From positions 1-64,000 of the forward strand of contig MU058667.1 in NCBI GenBank assembly GCA_013265495.1: a stretch of 64,000 bases of DNA, written 5' to 3'. Source of the stretch: Vicugna vicugna (taxonomy: Eukaryota). Positions 11,823 through 23,252 of this stretch are shown here, piece after piece. The notes beneath the pieces are model-generated. The model was given only the letters and a program-made list of their open reading frames with translations. It was not told where the DNA came from and ran no database searches. Both the position numbers and the translations under genes were made by a program. Each line of letters starts with the position of its first letter. The first letter of the stretch is position 1.

Positions 11823-12085
11823 TTCTGTTTTGTATTTATGTTCTTTTGTTTTGTTTTTCTTTTCAGATACCAAAACAGAAACAGAGTCATAGACATAGAA
11901 TACAAACTTGTGGTTGCCAAGGGGGCGGGGGGTGGGGGAAAAAAAATGTGACAATGAATATATGTATATTCATGTATAACTGAAAAACTGTGCTGTACAC
12001 TGGAATTTGACACAACATTGTAAAATGACTATAACTCAATTAAAAATGTAAAAAAATTTTTAAATATAAAAATAAAAAAATAAAA
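11823..12085 (+). mobile_element. Young L1 3' end with 5' inversion (11823-11868 inverted) and an internal deletion
   Basis: 11869-12085 is L1 3'UTR (CAAAACAGAAACAGAGTCATAGACATAG...GACTATAACTCAAT plus A-tail). The reverse complement of 11823-11868 is the L1 sequence normally just upstream, as seen in the paralog at 54272-54928. Confidence 0.8.
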
Positions 12086-12637
12086 CTGATTATATAAAGT
12101 TGCTAGAGAAGCTATGTTAAACCAAATGAATTGCAAAAACAACTCATAAACTAGTAATCACTAAAAAGTTAATATGAAACTATAAAAAGATATATAATAA
12201 AAAAGACAGATTCTACTTTTATAAAATTTTTTAAAATTTTGAACAAACTATGATTTATAAAGCAAACTGTATATATTAAAAGAAATTCACATATTTGCAT
12301 GCTAAATAAACATTTTATAATGCAAATTACCACCACCTCACCCACCCTCCCCAGATTTCAGAAATGGATTCGCATTGTTAGTCATTATGAGGCACTATGC
12401 ATTAGGTGCTCAATAAACGTATCGTTAGATGGATGGATGGATGGACGAGTGGGTGGGTAGATGGATGGATGGATGTGGTGCTGGCCCTGTTCTGGGTCCT
12501 GAAGACACACATTGAGCAGAACAGGCAGGTGCCTGGCTCCACATCACTCACAGTCAGTGGAGAGACTGACCGCCCGAATGCCATCTCACTTAGGTCTGAT
12601 GAGTATTAGAATGTTAAATGTTAACTTTATCCTAGTC

Positions 12638-13045
12638 CAGGGTTTGATCTATCCCTTAGGCCCATAAGTACAGTGCCTGAGGCCCATAAGTACAGTGCCT
12701 GAGGTTCCCAAGCCTTTTAGGAAACTATAAAGACCCTGTGAAACAACAACAAATACAAAAATGAAATGATTCTCAAACACTGCTGGGATCTTGCAAACCA
12801 AAAAGAATAAAAATTTCACTATGTGTAAGATGTAATATATTGACTTTGTTAAATCAACTTTATTCATTTTTGTCTTTATTGTTTGTTGAAATTTTCATTA
12901 CATTTGAAAACAATTCAAAGTTAGAATTTCTCACATGGCAAGATCTCTGGAGAATGCACAAAGATTTCTCAGATATTACAAGCAAGCTTAAAGTAAGTAA
13001 CAACCAATTATCAAAAACATAATTATAAAAAGACTTTCAAAAACC
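12638..13045. mobile_element. Left part of a hAT-Tip100-type DNA transposon, interrupted by the L1
   Basis: Starts CAGGGTTTGATC and contains ACAGTGCCTGAGG...CCTTTTAGG, typical of MER91/MER115/Zaphod-type ends. Confidence 0.5.
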
Positions 13046-13049
13046 TTAC

Positions 13050-16000
13050 ATGAAGCAGCAGGGGAGGCAGCACACTCAACTCCGGCCCCCACCACCCACA
13101 GCGGGGCGCCCATGAGCAGCAGCAGTGCCTGCAAACCCTATTTCCTCCCCTCTCCTTCCCTCCACCTCCTGGACACAATGGAGGTGCCTGCCATCTAGGT
13201 CCCCCAGACAGGGATGGCACTGACAGTGACAGCAGCAAGGTACCAGCACCCAAAATCCACAAGCAGTGACCATGAGGGCACCGGGAGACACCTCTAAGAG
13301 GGAGTGGAGAGTGGAAAGTGCCCACTCTCAAATATAGCCAGGGACAACTCAGATAGAAGAAACCAAAGACTTGTGCTACAGCACCGCTGAAAAACAGAAG
13401 AAAGGCCTCTAATTACTAACTGTTGAATTGTTAGAATCAAGTAAAGAAGCTTAAAGAAGAAAAGTGTTCATTACTTCAAATGCATTGGCAGAGGGACAAC
13501 TAATCAAGCACCATGAAAAACCACAGTGGTGTGGTATCACAAAAGGAAAATGGTGCTTCCCTAGAAACAAACTTAACGTTAGGGAATCTTTCGATTTAAC
13601 TGATAGAGAAGTCAAAATAGCTGTCAGGGAGAAACTCAACGAGCTAAAAGAAAACACAGAAAGGCAGTTCAATGGGCTCAGGAATAAAATTAATGAACAA
13701 AAGGAAAAAGGAACACTTTACCAAGGAGACTGAAACTCTAAAAAAGAAAGAAATTCTGGAGCTGAATAACAATAAATTATATGAAAATTGCATTAGAAAG
13801 CATCGCAAATAGAGCAGACCTCAACACAACAAAGGCCGTATGTGACAAACCCACAGCTAACGTCATACTCAGTGGTGAAAGACTGTAAGATTTCCCTCTA
13901 AGATCAGGAGCAACACAAGGATGCCCACTCTCGCCACTCTTATTCAGTATTATGTTGGAAGTTCTAGCCAGAGCATTAGGCAAAAAAAGAAAGAAAGAAA
14001 AGGCATCCAAATTAGAAAAGAAGAAGTAAAACTGTCACTATTTGCAGATGATATGATTTTTTTATATATAGAAAACCCTAAAGATCTCATCAAAAAAGCT
14101 ATTAGAAATAATAAATGAATACAGTAAAGTAGTAGGGTACAAAATCCGTAAGCAAGAATTTGCTGTGTTTCTATACACCACAACAAACTAGCATCAAGAG
14201 AAATTAGGAAAACAATCCTATTTACAATTGCAAGAAAAGAATAAAATATCTAGACATTAATTTAACCAAGAAGGTACAAGACCTGTACACTGAAACTTAA
14301 AGACATTGTTGAAAGAAACTGAAGAAGACACAAAGAAATGGAAAGATATTCTGAGCTCATGGATTAGAAATTTAACATTGTAAAAAACGTCCATATTACC
14401 TAAAGCAATCTACAGATTCAATGCAATCGTATCCAAATCCAATTGATATTTCACACAGAAATAAAACCAAAAACCCTAAAATTTACATCAACTACAAAAG
14501 ATCTCAAACAGCCAAAGCAATCTTGAAAATGAAGGAAAAAGCTGGAGGTTATCACACTCCCTGGCTTCAAATTATGACACAAAGCGATAGTAATCAAAAT
14601 AACACAGTAATGGCAGAAAAACAGACATACAAGTCAACGGAACAAAATCAAAGAGCCCAGAAATAAACCCACACGTTTATAGACAATTAATTTACCACAA
14701 AGGAATGAAGAATATACAATGAAGAAAGGATAGTCTCTTCAATGAACGCTGTTGGCACAACCACTCCTTCTCTGATGTCATAAGCCACACGTGAAAACTT
14801 AGTCAAAATAGAAGAGCGCGAGTTGTCTTTGGAAAAGTTGATGAAGGCTTCAGCATCATACCATCTCAGCTTGAGTGCCTTCTATTTTCCTACCTACAAA
14901 AGGAGAGAAAATGAATCATTTTCTCACTTGTCAAGTGAATAGGAAAATGATCATTGAAATACATTAATCACATGCAGGGAACATTTACCCCTCAAAAAGA
15001 ACCTAAGGTAAAACACATCCTAATAACACAGAAGCCGCCACTTGTCTTGGCTATGTATTTAGAATGAGCTCGTCTGAAATGATCATTTTTCTATTGATGT
15101 TGATTGATAGGCCAAAAGCAAGATGCCAAAATAGTTTTTTCCAAATATATAACAAGCGAGTGTATATTGTGGTCTCTAGTCCGTATAATGCAATATGTGG
15201 TTGGGTACCTAGGAATTCTAACATAAGTACTGTTACCGATACTCATTCTGCAAATGCTACCTAGTAGTGTATTCAGTTTAAAACAAAGACACATAGATTG
15301 AAAAGTAGCATTTTGTAAGCTCTGAACATGAATTTCTTTCATTTAGCCCTCAACGTTTGAAAAAGTTTTCATAAATTATAATTGTACAATGTAGATGCTG
15401 GAATTAAAATTAAAACAATGTTTTCCAATGAAAAAAATAAATAAGAATAATTGGTGTCGGGAAAACTGGACACCTACATGCAAAAGAATGAAACTAGCTC
15501 ACTATCTTACACCACACACAAAAATCAACTCAAAATGGATCAAAAGCTTGACTGTAAGACCTGGAACCATAAAACTTCGAGAAGAAAATATAGGTGGTGC
15601 ATTGGTCACTGACATGAGTCTTAGCAATATCTGTTTGGATATGTGTCCTCCAGCAAGGGAAACAAAAGCCAAAGTAAACAAATGGGACTACATCAAACTA
15701 AAAAGTTTCTGCACAGCAAAGGAAACATCAACAAAATGAAAAGTCAACCTATTGAAAGAGAGAAGATATTTGCAAATCATATATTTGATAAGGGGCTAAT
15801 ATCCAAAATATATAAAGAACTCATACAACTAAACAACAACAAAAACATGAGGATAATAAGCAGAGGCTCTGAGTAAACATTTTTCCAATAAAGGTGTACA
15901 GACAGCCAGCAGGCACGTGAAAAGATGTTCAATAGCACTAGTAATTAAGGAAATGCAAATCAAAACCACAAGGAGCTATCACTTCATGCCCATTAAAGTG

Positions 16001-16784
16001 GCTATTATCAAAAAGGAAAGACAAAATAAGTGTTGGAAAGGATATGGGAAAAAGGGAATCTTTATGCACTGTTGGTGAGATTATAAACTGGTGCAGCCAC
16101 TATGGAAAACAGCATAGAGATTCCTCAAAAAAATTAAGTAGAACAAACATATGATCCAGCAGCTACTTCATTTCTGGGCATTTATCTGAGGAATACAAAA
16201 ATATATAATTCAAATACATTATATCCATTATATATCATACTAATTCAAAAAGATACATGTACCCTATGTTCATCCCAGCATTACTTAAAATAGCCAAGGT
16301 ATGGAAGCAACCTAAGTGTCCATCAACAGATGACTGGACAAAGAAGATATGGTATATATGTGCATGTGTTTGTGTGTTCGTCTACACAATGGAATACTTC
16401 TCTGTTGTTAAAAGACGAACTCTTGCCATTTGTGACAACATGGCTGGAACTTGAGGGTATTATGCTAAGTGAAATAAATCAGACAGAAAGACAAATATTA
16501 TATAATTTCACTTATATGTAGAATATAAAATCAATCGATCAATGAACAAACCAAACCAAACAAAACACATGAATACCAAGACCGTATTTGTGGTTACCAG
16601 AAAGAAAGAGGAGACGGGAGAGGGTTAAACGGGTAAAGGGAGTCAAATGTATGGTGGTGATGGATGGAAACTAAACTTTTGGTGGTGAGCATGCTGCACT
16701 GTACACAGAAGTTGAAATATAAATCCACATGAAACTTATATAACGTAACAAACCAATGTTACCTCAATTTTAAAAAAAAAAAAA
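13050..16784 (+). mobile_element. Old (laurasiatherian-type) L1: 5'UTR, ORF1 N-terminus, deletion, ORF2 RT to C-terminus, 3'UTR and poly(A)
   Basis: ORF1-like DLTDREVKIAVREKLNELKENTERQFN; ORF2 [35 protein letters not shown] and [17 protein letters not shown]; many stops and frameshifts; A13 tail at 16772-16784. Confidence 0.95.
14756..15445 (+). pseudogene. Retroposed non-repeat segment (processed transcript 3' end or orphan transduction) of unidentified origin
   Basis: Interrupts L1 ORF2. ATTAAA at 15403 and 15409, A-rich tail at 15431-15445, degenerate 15-bp TSD AATGAACGCTGTTGG (14741-14755) / AATAATTGGTGTCGG (15446-15460). Confidence 0.75.
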
Positions 16785-16789
16785 GGAGA

Positions 16790-16923
16790 GGAGCTGGAGG
16801 ATGGAAAAAATATTTGAATAATTTTTTAAAAACTCTCATGATTTGTCTGTGCATTTTAATGTGTTTGACACCAGCTACCAAAAATGAGAATGCCTGGATT
16901 CTGCCATCGCGGAACAACCCCTG
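16790..16923. mobile_element. Probable right part of the hAT element begun at 12638
   Basis: Ends GAACAACCCCTG; its reverse complement CAGGGGTTGTTC matches the left end CAGGGTTTGATC at 10/12. No clear 8-bp TSD. Confidence 0.4.
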
Positions 16924-17434
16924 ACTGGTGGAACCAGCCTGACTGTGGGCTTCTCATTTCAAAGAACCACTGGGTTTTATTATTCAGTTGAAATATTTAT
17001 AAGATGATTCTTGAACTCAGATCAATCAAAGAAAGGAAGGGAGGGAGGAGAGGGGGAGAAGTTGAGAGAGAGTTTGAGAAGCTTGACTTTGGCAGGGCTG
17101 CTGCCTCAGGGCAGCTTACATCTCTGCCAAGTCAAAAGAAATGAGCTGCCAAGACACGAGTTACTTCTCAAATAGGTATAGCAAATCCATAATTTACTTT
17201 TCTTAGTTCTAGTACCCGATGCCTTGGCCGTTCAGACACCTCCCAGGCACTGGCATTGATCCAGCACCTAAATAGCAGCCCCACTGCAATACCAAAGAGG
17301 GTGTTGCACAGGATGAGTTGCTCCCCCGAGTTCTTTCTCCATGACTGAGCAGGAAAGCGGCACTGTAGTGGAAAGAGCAGAGGGATTGATCCTCAGCTCT
17401 GCGTAAACTCCAGATGAAAGGAGGCAAAAGAAGT

Positions 17435-17650
17435 GATGGCTAAATGTCATGTATAATCCTGGATTGGCTCCTCACAGTGGTGTTGGGGGTGGGGTGGGGG
17501 CGGGGGTTGTCATAACGGACATTATCAAGGCAATTGGTGAAATATGAATCAGGACTCTCATGTACAGTACTGTAGCCATGTGAGTTTACTTATTTTGATG
17601 GAGAATATCCTTGTTCCTAGAAAAAGTGCTCCGAAGTATTTAGGAGGGAA
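17435..17650 (+). mobile_element. Ancient L1 (L1MC/MD/ME) 3'UTR fragment
   Basis: ATCCTGGATTGG...GGACATTAT..GGCAATTGGTGAAAT...GGAGAATATCCTTGTT...GAAGTATTTAGG. Confidence 0.7.
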
Positions 17651-18133
17651 TTGGACCTGTTTGTTACTATCGTGATAATAACAATAATGATGGTGATGAT
17701 GGTTCTTGTGAGAGTGGACACGCTCTTGCTTGAGGCTGGGGACATGCTGAATACCTCTGGCTGCGTCCAGGAATTCTTCCCCCAGAGCCTTCCATATCCA
17801 CAATTGCCAGAGAGCAAAGACTCGGCAAGTCCTGATTCCTCTCATGATGTAATGTGCTGATGAGGAGAGTGGGTGGGGATGTTCCAGAGTTTGAGGAGTG
17901 GTGGCTAGAAATGCAGACATTCAGGACAGTAAAAGCAGATCACTTGGCCCTAACGTGGCAGGGTGTGGCAGTGTCAGGGACTTTTCTGGGAGTAGAGAGG
18001 CAAGACAGGCCATCTTAGGCAGCACCCTCTGTAAGGAGACAACAATCTCAGGGCCATCAGTATCTAAATGGAAAAACCCTCACTTAAAAGAGTGGGAATG
18101 AGGCAACCAACCTTTAACATCACCTGTGGCCAA

Positions 18134-18600
18134 TGTGATGGTTAATTTTACGTGTCCACTTGACTGGGCTAAGGGATGCCCAGATGGCTATTTTCCTAAC
18201 TATGATTTTTAGGTGTATCTGTTGCTCATTTGAACGGATAGACTGAGTAAAGATGATCTCCATCACTGCAGGTGGGCATCATCCCATCCTTGGAGGGCCT
18301 CATTAGGACAGAAAGGCAGAGGAAGGGTGAATTTGATCTCTGCTTGAGCTGGGACATCCATCTTCTCCTGCCCCCAGACACCATCACCCTTGGTTTTTGG
18401 AACTTTGTGTAGGACTAGAACTTCACCCCTGGCTTCCCTGGGCCTCCCTCCAGCTTGTAGACAGCAGATCAAAGGACTTCTCAGCCTCCAGATCACATGA
18501 GCCAATTCCTTACAATAAATCTCTTCTTATATATGTATAGATATGTATATATCTGTATCTCCTATTGGCTCTACTTCTCTGGAGAACCCTGGCTAATACA
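18134..18600 (+). mobile_element. ERVL solo LTR (MLT2 family)
   Basis: TGTGATGGTTAATTTTA...CTGGAGAACCCTGGCTAATACA with internal AATAAA; 5-bp TSD GCCAA/GCCAG. Confidence 0.92.
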
Positions 18601-19689
18601 GCCAGGTATTGTGCTGAACCTGGACATCACTTAATCTTTACAACCTCTATTTTACAGACGAGGGGACAGAGGCACAGAACACTGAAGTAACTCACCCAAG
18701 TTCGCACAGCCAGTGGGTAGCAGAATAGTGTTCTAACCCAGCTATGTGAACACATACTTCTAGTGATTTTTACATGCAGTGAAAAGCAAGACGTGGTCAA
18801 GTGCATATTTGAGAAACGGCTTTCAAGGATCATGGCAGGGACCCAGAAAGTCCTTGGAAGAAAAACAAAGCTGGGATTTCCCTTGCGACTTTGAAGACCG
18901 TCGAGCACTGAAGCCGGCAAATTGAGTCCACAGAGATCATGTCCCATTGGGAGAAAACAAAGCCCAGACACTGGCTGAGGCTGCTTGGTCACTGCTTGGA
19001 GGACACCCAAGCCAGCAGAGTAAACAAGAGCTGGGGTGAGTCCTTTTGCCGAGAAAGGCAATGAGTGCACTGTCAAAAAGCAGGCAGTCTCACTGTCCCA
19101 CTCGCCCGTCCTCTGAGAGCTGGCGAGGTTCACCCATCTGCTGGTCCAGCTCTCGCAGTCTTACTGCATGGCCAGCACTAACTCACCCATCCGTCTCTTC
19201 ATTAACATATTCATCAAGCATTTATGGAGGGCCCATTAGGTGCCAGACAATGAGACAGGTGTTGGCAAGAAGTTAGCAAGCCCTAAACTGCAGACTTCGT
19301 GCATGTTTAGGGGTGGAGGGTAGTAATTACAGAACCACTAAGTAAGAGTCAGATTTAATCTATGACTCTGTGATAACATAGCTGCACTTTATTAAGAGTA
19401 CACTGTTGCCAAGCATTTCACTAATGATGGATATAGATCATTATATAATGGTATAATTATATGTATATATCACTATGTAATCTATAATTTAACCCTCTCT
19501 AGAATACTCTGAGTTAGAAGCTATTATCTTCCCTGATTTACGAACACAGTACTTAAAAGCTTGCTGAATGAGCCTAAGTTATTTGTCCAACGTCACATAA
19601 CTGCCGAACAACAGAACGGCGATTTAAAAACTGGTCCACGTCACTCCAAAGCCCAGGGCCTAGCACTACGCCTATGGGGCTGAGAGATG

Positions 19690-19910
19690 GTGCAAAGGTT
19701 GACAGCATGAATTCTGGAGGGAAACAACCTGGGTTTGAATGCTGGCTCTGTCAGGTTGTGTGATCGTAGGCCAATTACCAACCTTCCTGGGCCTCAGTTT
19801 GCTTGTCTATAAAATGAGGGTAACAGCAGTATCCACCCCACGAGCTTGTTCTAAGGTTGAGATGAGTTCATAAGAGCATGATGCTTTAAAAGTGCTGTAC
19901 AAGTGTTTGT
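19690..19910 (+). mobile_element. MIR SINE
   Basis: CCTGGGTTTGAAT...GCCTCAGTTT...CTATAAAATGAGG core. Confidence 0.8.
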
Positions 19911-20249
19911 TCTGTAGAGAGAGCCCCTGAGCTGAGCAGGAGACCTCAAAAGCTGAGCAGGGCAGAGACAAGAGCCAAAAGAGAACTCGGGACCAGCAGA
20001 ACAGGACAGGCATCAGGAAACGGGGATGTGGGCCACGAACACTGGGCGGTTAAACTCAGATCAGGAAGGACAGGCAAGTAGGGGCGAGGGGTCTGGGCTA
20101 AGACTGGTTTTAAAGCAATGGATTATATTAAAGCTGCCAGAGAATATGTGAAAGTTTTCAGAAAATTTTTTTCCCGAGAATTCTGGATGTGTTCAAAAAG
20201 GGCTCATTTGGAGGAAGGAGCCCCCACTGGGTTGAGCAAAATCTGTTTC

Positions 20250-21480
20250 ATATGCAAAGTTTCTTCCTGGGCGTGTTCCCCATGATCGGTTAACTGGAAA
20301 TGGACCTGCACTCCCACCAGAAGCAACCAGAAGCCTGGGCACAGTGTATGAATCAACTGTTTTAAGATACTGAATAACGGGCACCAAGGCATGTGACCCC
20401 TAAAAACAGGAAACAGATGAGATGAGCCCTGCTATCATGCCTCTTTCAGACCATTGTTCCTGATGGAACCCCAAGCAGAGCAGGGCCATCTTGCCGAGCT
20501 AAAGAGATGGAGGTCACAGAAGCTGAGATGGCTGGAATGTGGGGCCAAGTACCAGAACACTGGATGATGGGTAGAGGAAGAGCCAGCATAGTTTCCTATA
20601 AGTTAATATCGTATTATTTCCATGATATACTGTTAAGTGAAAAAAGCAAAGGGCAAATGAATATATATATAGTATGCTACTTTTGGTGGGAGAAATAAGG
20701 GAAAATAAAGCATACATGTAACTTTTTTTTTTCCAAAAAAGATCGGAGGAAAAAAACACCATAAATCTGTATAAGATCCCCTTGACTGTGTTACTGAACA
20801 CTAAGCCATGCATGCGTAGGGAGAAACTCGAAAGGTAGGGAAGGTACAAAATACCCTAGAACATCTCATGGGGCCAGAAAGTAAGGAGGGGCACAAAATA
20901 ATACTACTAGGAACAGACCAAAAAGACACGGGAGTCATAGCCTTTACTCACATTTACTATCATCCTCAAACTGCCAACCCTGGGACACTTCGAGGATCAT
21001 AAGTACGAAGGACTGTAAAGGTTTATAATTCATTGACTAAAAATAGGAATCCAAGATAATAAATAGATAACAAACAAATTAATTAATAAACAAGGGAGAA
21101 AAGAGGGCTTCCTTATAAGCTGAGTGCCAATTGATCAACGTGGAAGGAGGGGTGAAGTTTGAAAAAAAAATCACCGATTTACCAACATCACAGTATATTT
21201 CAAGTAAGAGCAGCAATAAATTCTAAGTCTAGGAGGAAAGGTTTCATGAGAGGCAAACTGCAGTTACAAAACATCTCCCCACAGATTGTTAATTAGTTGC
21301 AAGGGAAAAAAATAATCATCATACTGTGGAGAAACTGCACAACATTGTGACCAGGCCCTCAGCATTAACCTAACCCGGGCAGGACAGCCAGGTGATGTGC
21401 ACATCCGGGTAGGACACCCAGGAAGCACACGTGACCTGGGAAGTCAGCCAGCAGGGGATGTATAATCTGGATCTAATCTT
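20250..21480 (+). mobile_element. Ancient L1 fragments (L1M4-type 5' piece joined to an L1MC-type 3'UTR)
   Basis: GATATACTGTTAAGTGAAAAAAGCAA...CTCCCCACAGATTGTTAATTAGTTGCAAGGG...TGTGGAGAAACTG resembles the L1MC 3' end. Confidence 0.65.
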
Positions 21481-23252
21481 AAGAATTAGGTGCTCGGTTG
21501 AATCTGGTGAACATCTGCTGTTCCCACCTTTCCTCGCCCTCCTCTCCATTTATCCAAAGTCTAGCACCCTTCCAGGCTGAACTGCAACCATGTGTTCCAT
21601 GAAGTCTTCACTGATCTCTTTAGGTCACAGCTATCTGTCTCTCCCTTTGAATTCCAAGCACCTACACTCTGTCTCCCTTACTCACACTTAACCCTAGTGC
21701 TTAGCATGTGGTGTGAGCATAGACTCTGAAATCAGGCAACCAGGTTCCAGATCCGGGTTCCGTCACTCACTCATTATGGCATGTGGGCAGAGGGCAAATA
21801 CGTGAGTTAAACAGATCATGGGGGTAGCATGGCTGGGACACAATAGATGTTTAACAAATGTGTTACCGAGTCTAATTTCTGCCTTCCAATGTCCCTTTTG
21901 ATGATTTTAAACTCGTTCGAACTTTCCTCCCTTGCTATAAGCTTTTCTGCTCTAGATCAGGAGCTTCTAGAGGAGAGAACCGGGGCTTCAAACATCCTGG
22001 TACCTTCATAGCACCAGTAGGATACAGGAAATTCACCAGGTATGCACAAGAACCAATGGCAAGCTTCCTGATAGTTAGCCTGGAGTCAGGGTGGGAAGTC
22101 ACGAAGTAAAACGGACCTGGGTGACTCAGCCTCCGCCACCCCCCCCCCCGGGTACACTGCCTGAGACAGGGGACAGGACACCTGGGGGTCTTTGAATACT
22201 GGAGACCACAGGGATGTTCCTCATATGGCAGAATCCTAACTTTCAGAATTTAGTCTCACAGAGCAGCTCAAATGCCTGCATTCTGAGCAGCTCAAAGAGA
22301 GAAATATCCTTTCTTTATTTTCCATTTCCCAGGTTTTCCTAGACCTGTTTTTTTCTCCCACAAAATCCCTTCATAGACTTCAAATACTTGAGCAATGTCC
22401 CCAGACATGTTTAAATTTTGACTGCTGAATGATTAACACAAAAAGAAGAAACATAAATCTACCAGCTATGAGCAGAAGAATTAAAATCCAAGTTCAATTC
22501 TGGATTACGGAGCAAGCTTGCGTTGTCATTCGTGTTGCAGGGCAGTGCCTGACACCAAGGAAACGTGCTTTCCAAATACCTGCGTGGATGGTAAGCCTGA
22601 GGTCACGCTGGAGCTCATGCTCATGGCTCACGTTTAAAATGTATAATCATAACAATATCGCTGTCATTCAGGGGGAGTTGACTCAGTACTTCACACCTGG
22701 CAGTGTATTTTGCACAAATCATATAAATTTCCCCCACAACAGCTCCGTGAGGTATGTGTTCCGAGCATCACTTTGCAGATGAGATCACCAAGGCTGAGAC
22801 ACTGAAAATCTGGCCTTGAGTCTGTGACCGTAGTCGTTACGTATACGGCCCAGCCTGTAACGGTGATCATTTTAGCTGGATAGTTTTTCCTCCAATGCCT
22901 GGTGTTCCTGGCCTGACACAGGACCTGGCAAAGGTGGACACAGTGTGGGTGGCAGAGCTAGGGCTAGAAATCAGGCAGCTGCAACGGGCTCAGTCCTTGA
23001 TGAAGCGGCAGGACACAGGAGGGCACCGAGTCTAACCCTGGGAGTTCCCAAAAGCTGAGCGGCCCAGAGGCTGAAGCCATGACCCAGAGCAAGTGCCCGA
23101 GACGTGGCTGTGCCTGAGCAGCATGGTTCTGGTCAATGCTATCGGTCCATCCGGGGCTGCCTTTAACCATCAGCAGCCCTCAAGATGGCTCCCGCCCAGC
23201 AGTGACCTGACGTCTCCTCTTGTCATCTGGCAATTTGTAATATCTACCAGCG

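Noticed and set aside
12658..12704. CRISPR-like direct repeats
   Set aside because: Two adjacent copies with no spacer, in mammalian DNA: a simple tandem duplication.
13464..15876. ORFs with RT motif FADDMI and ORF1/ORF2-like peptides as a functional retroelement or domesticated gene
   Set aside because: Multiple stops and frameshifts, a large internal deletion and a 690-bp insertion: a dead L1.
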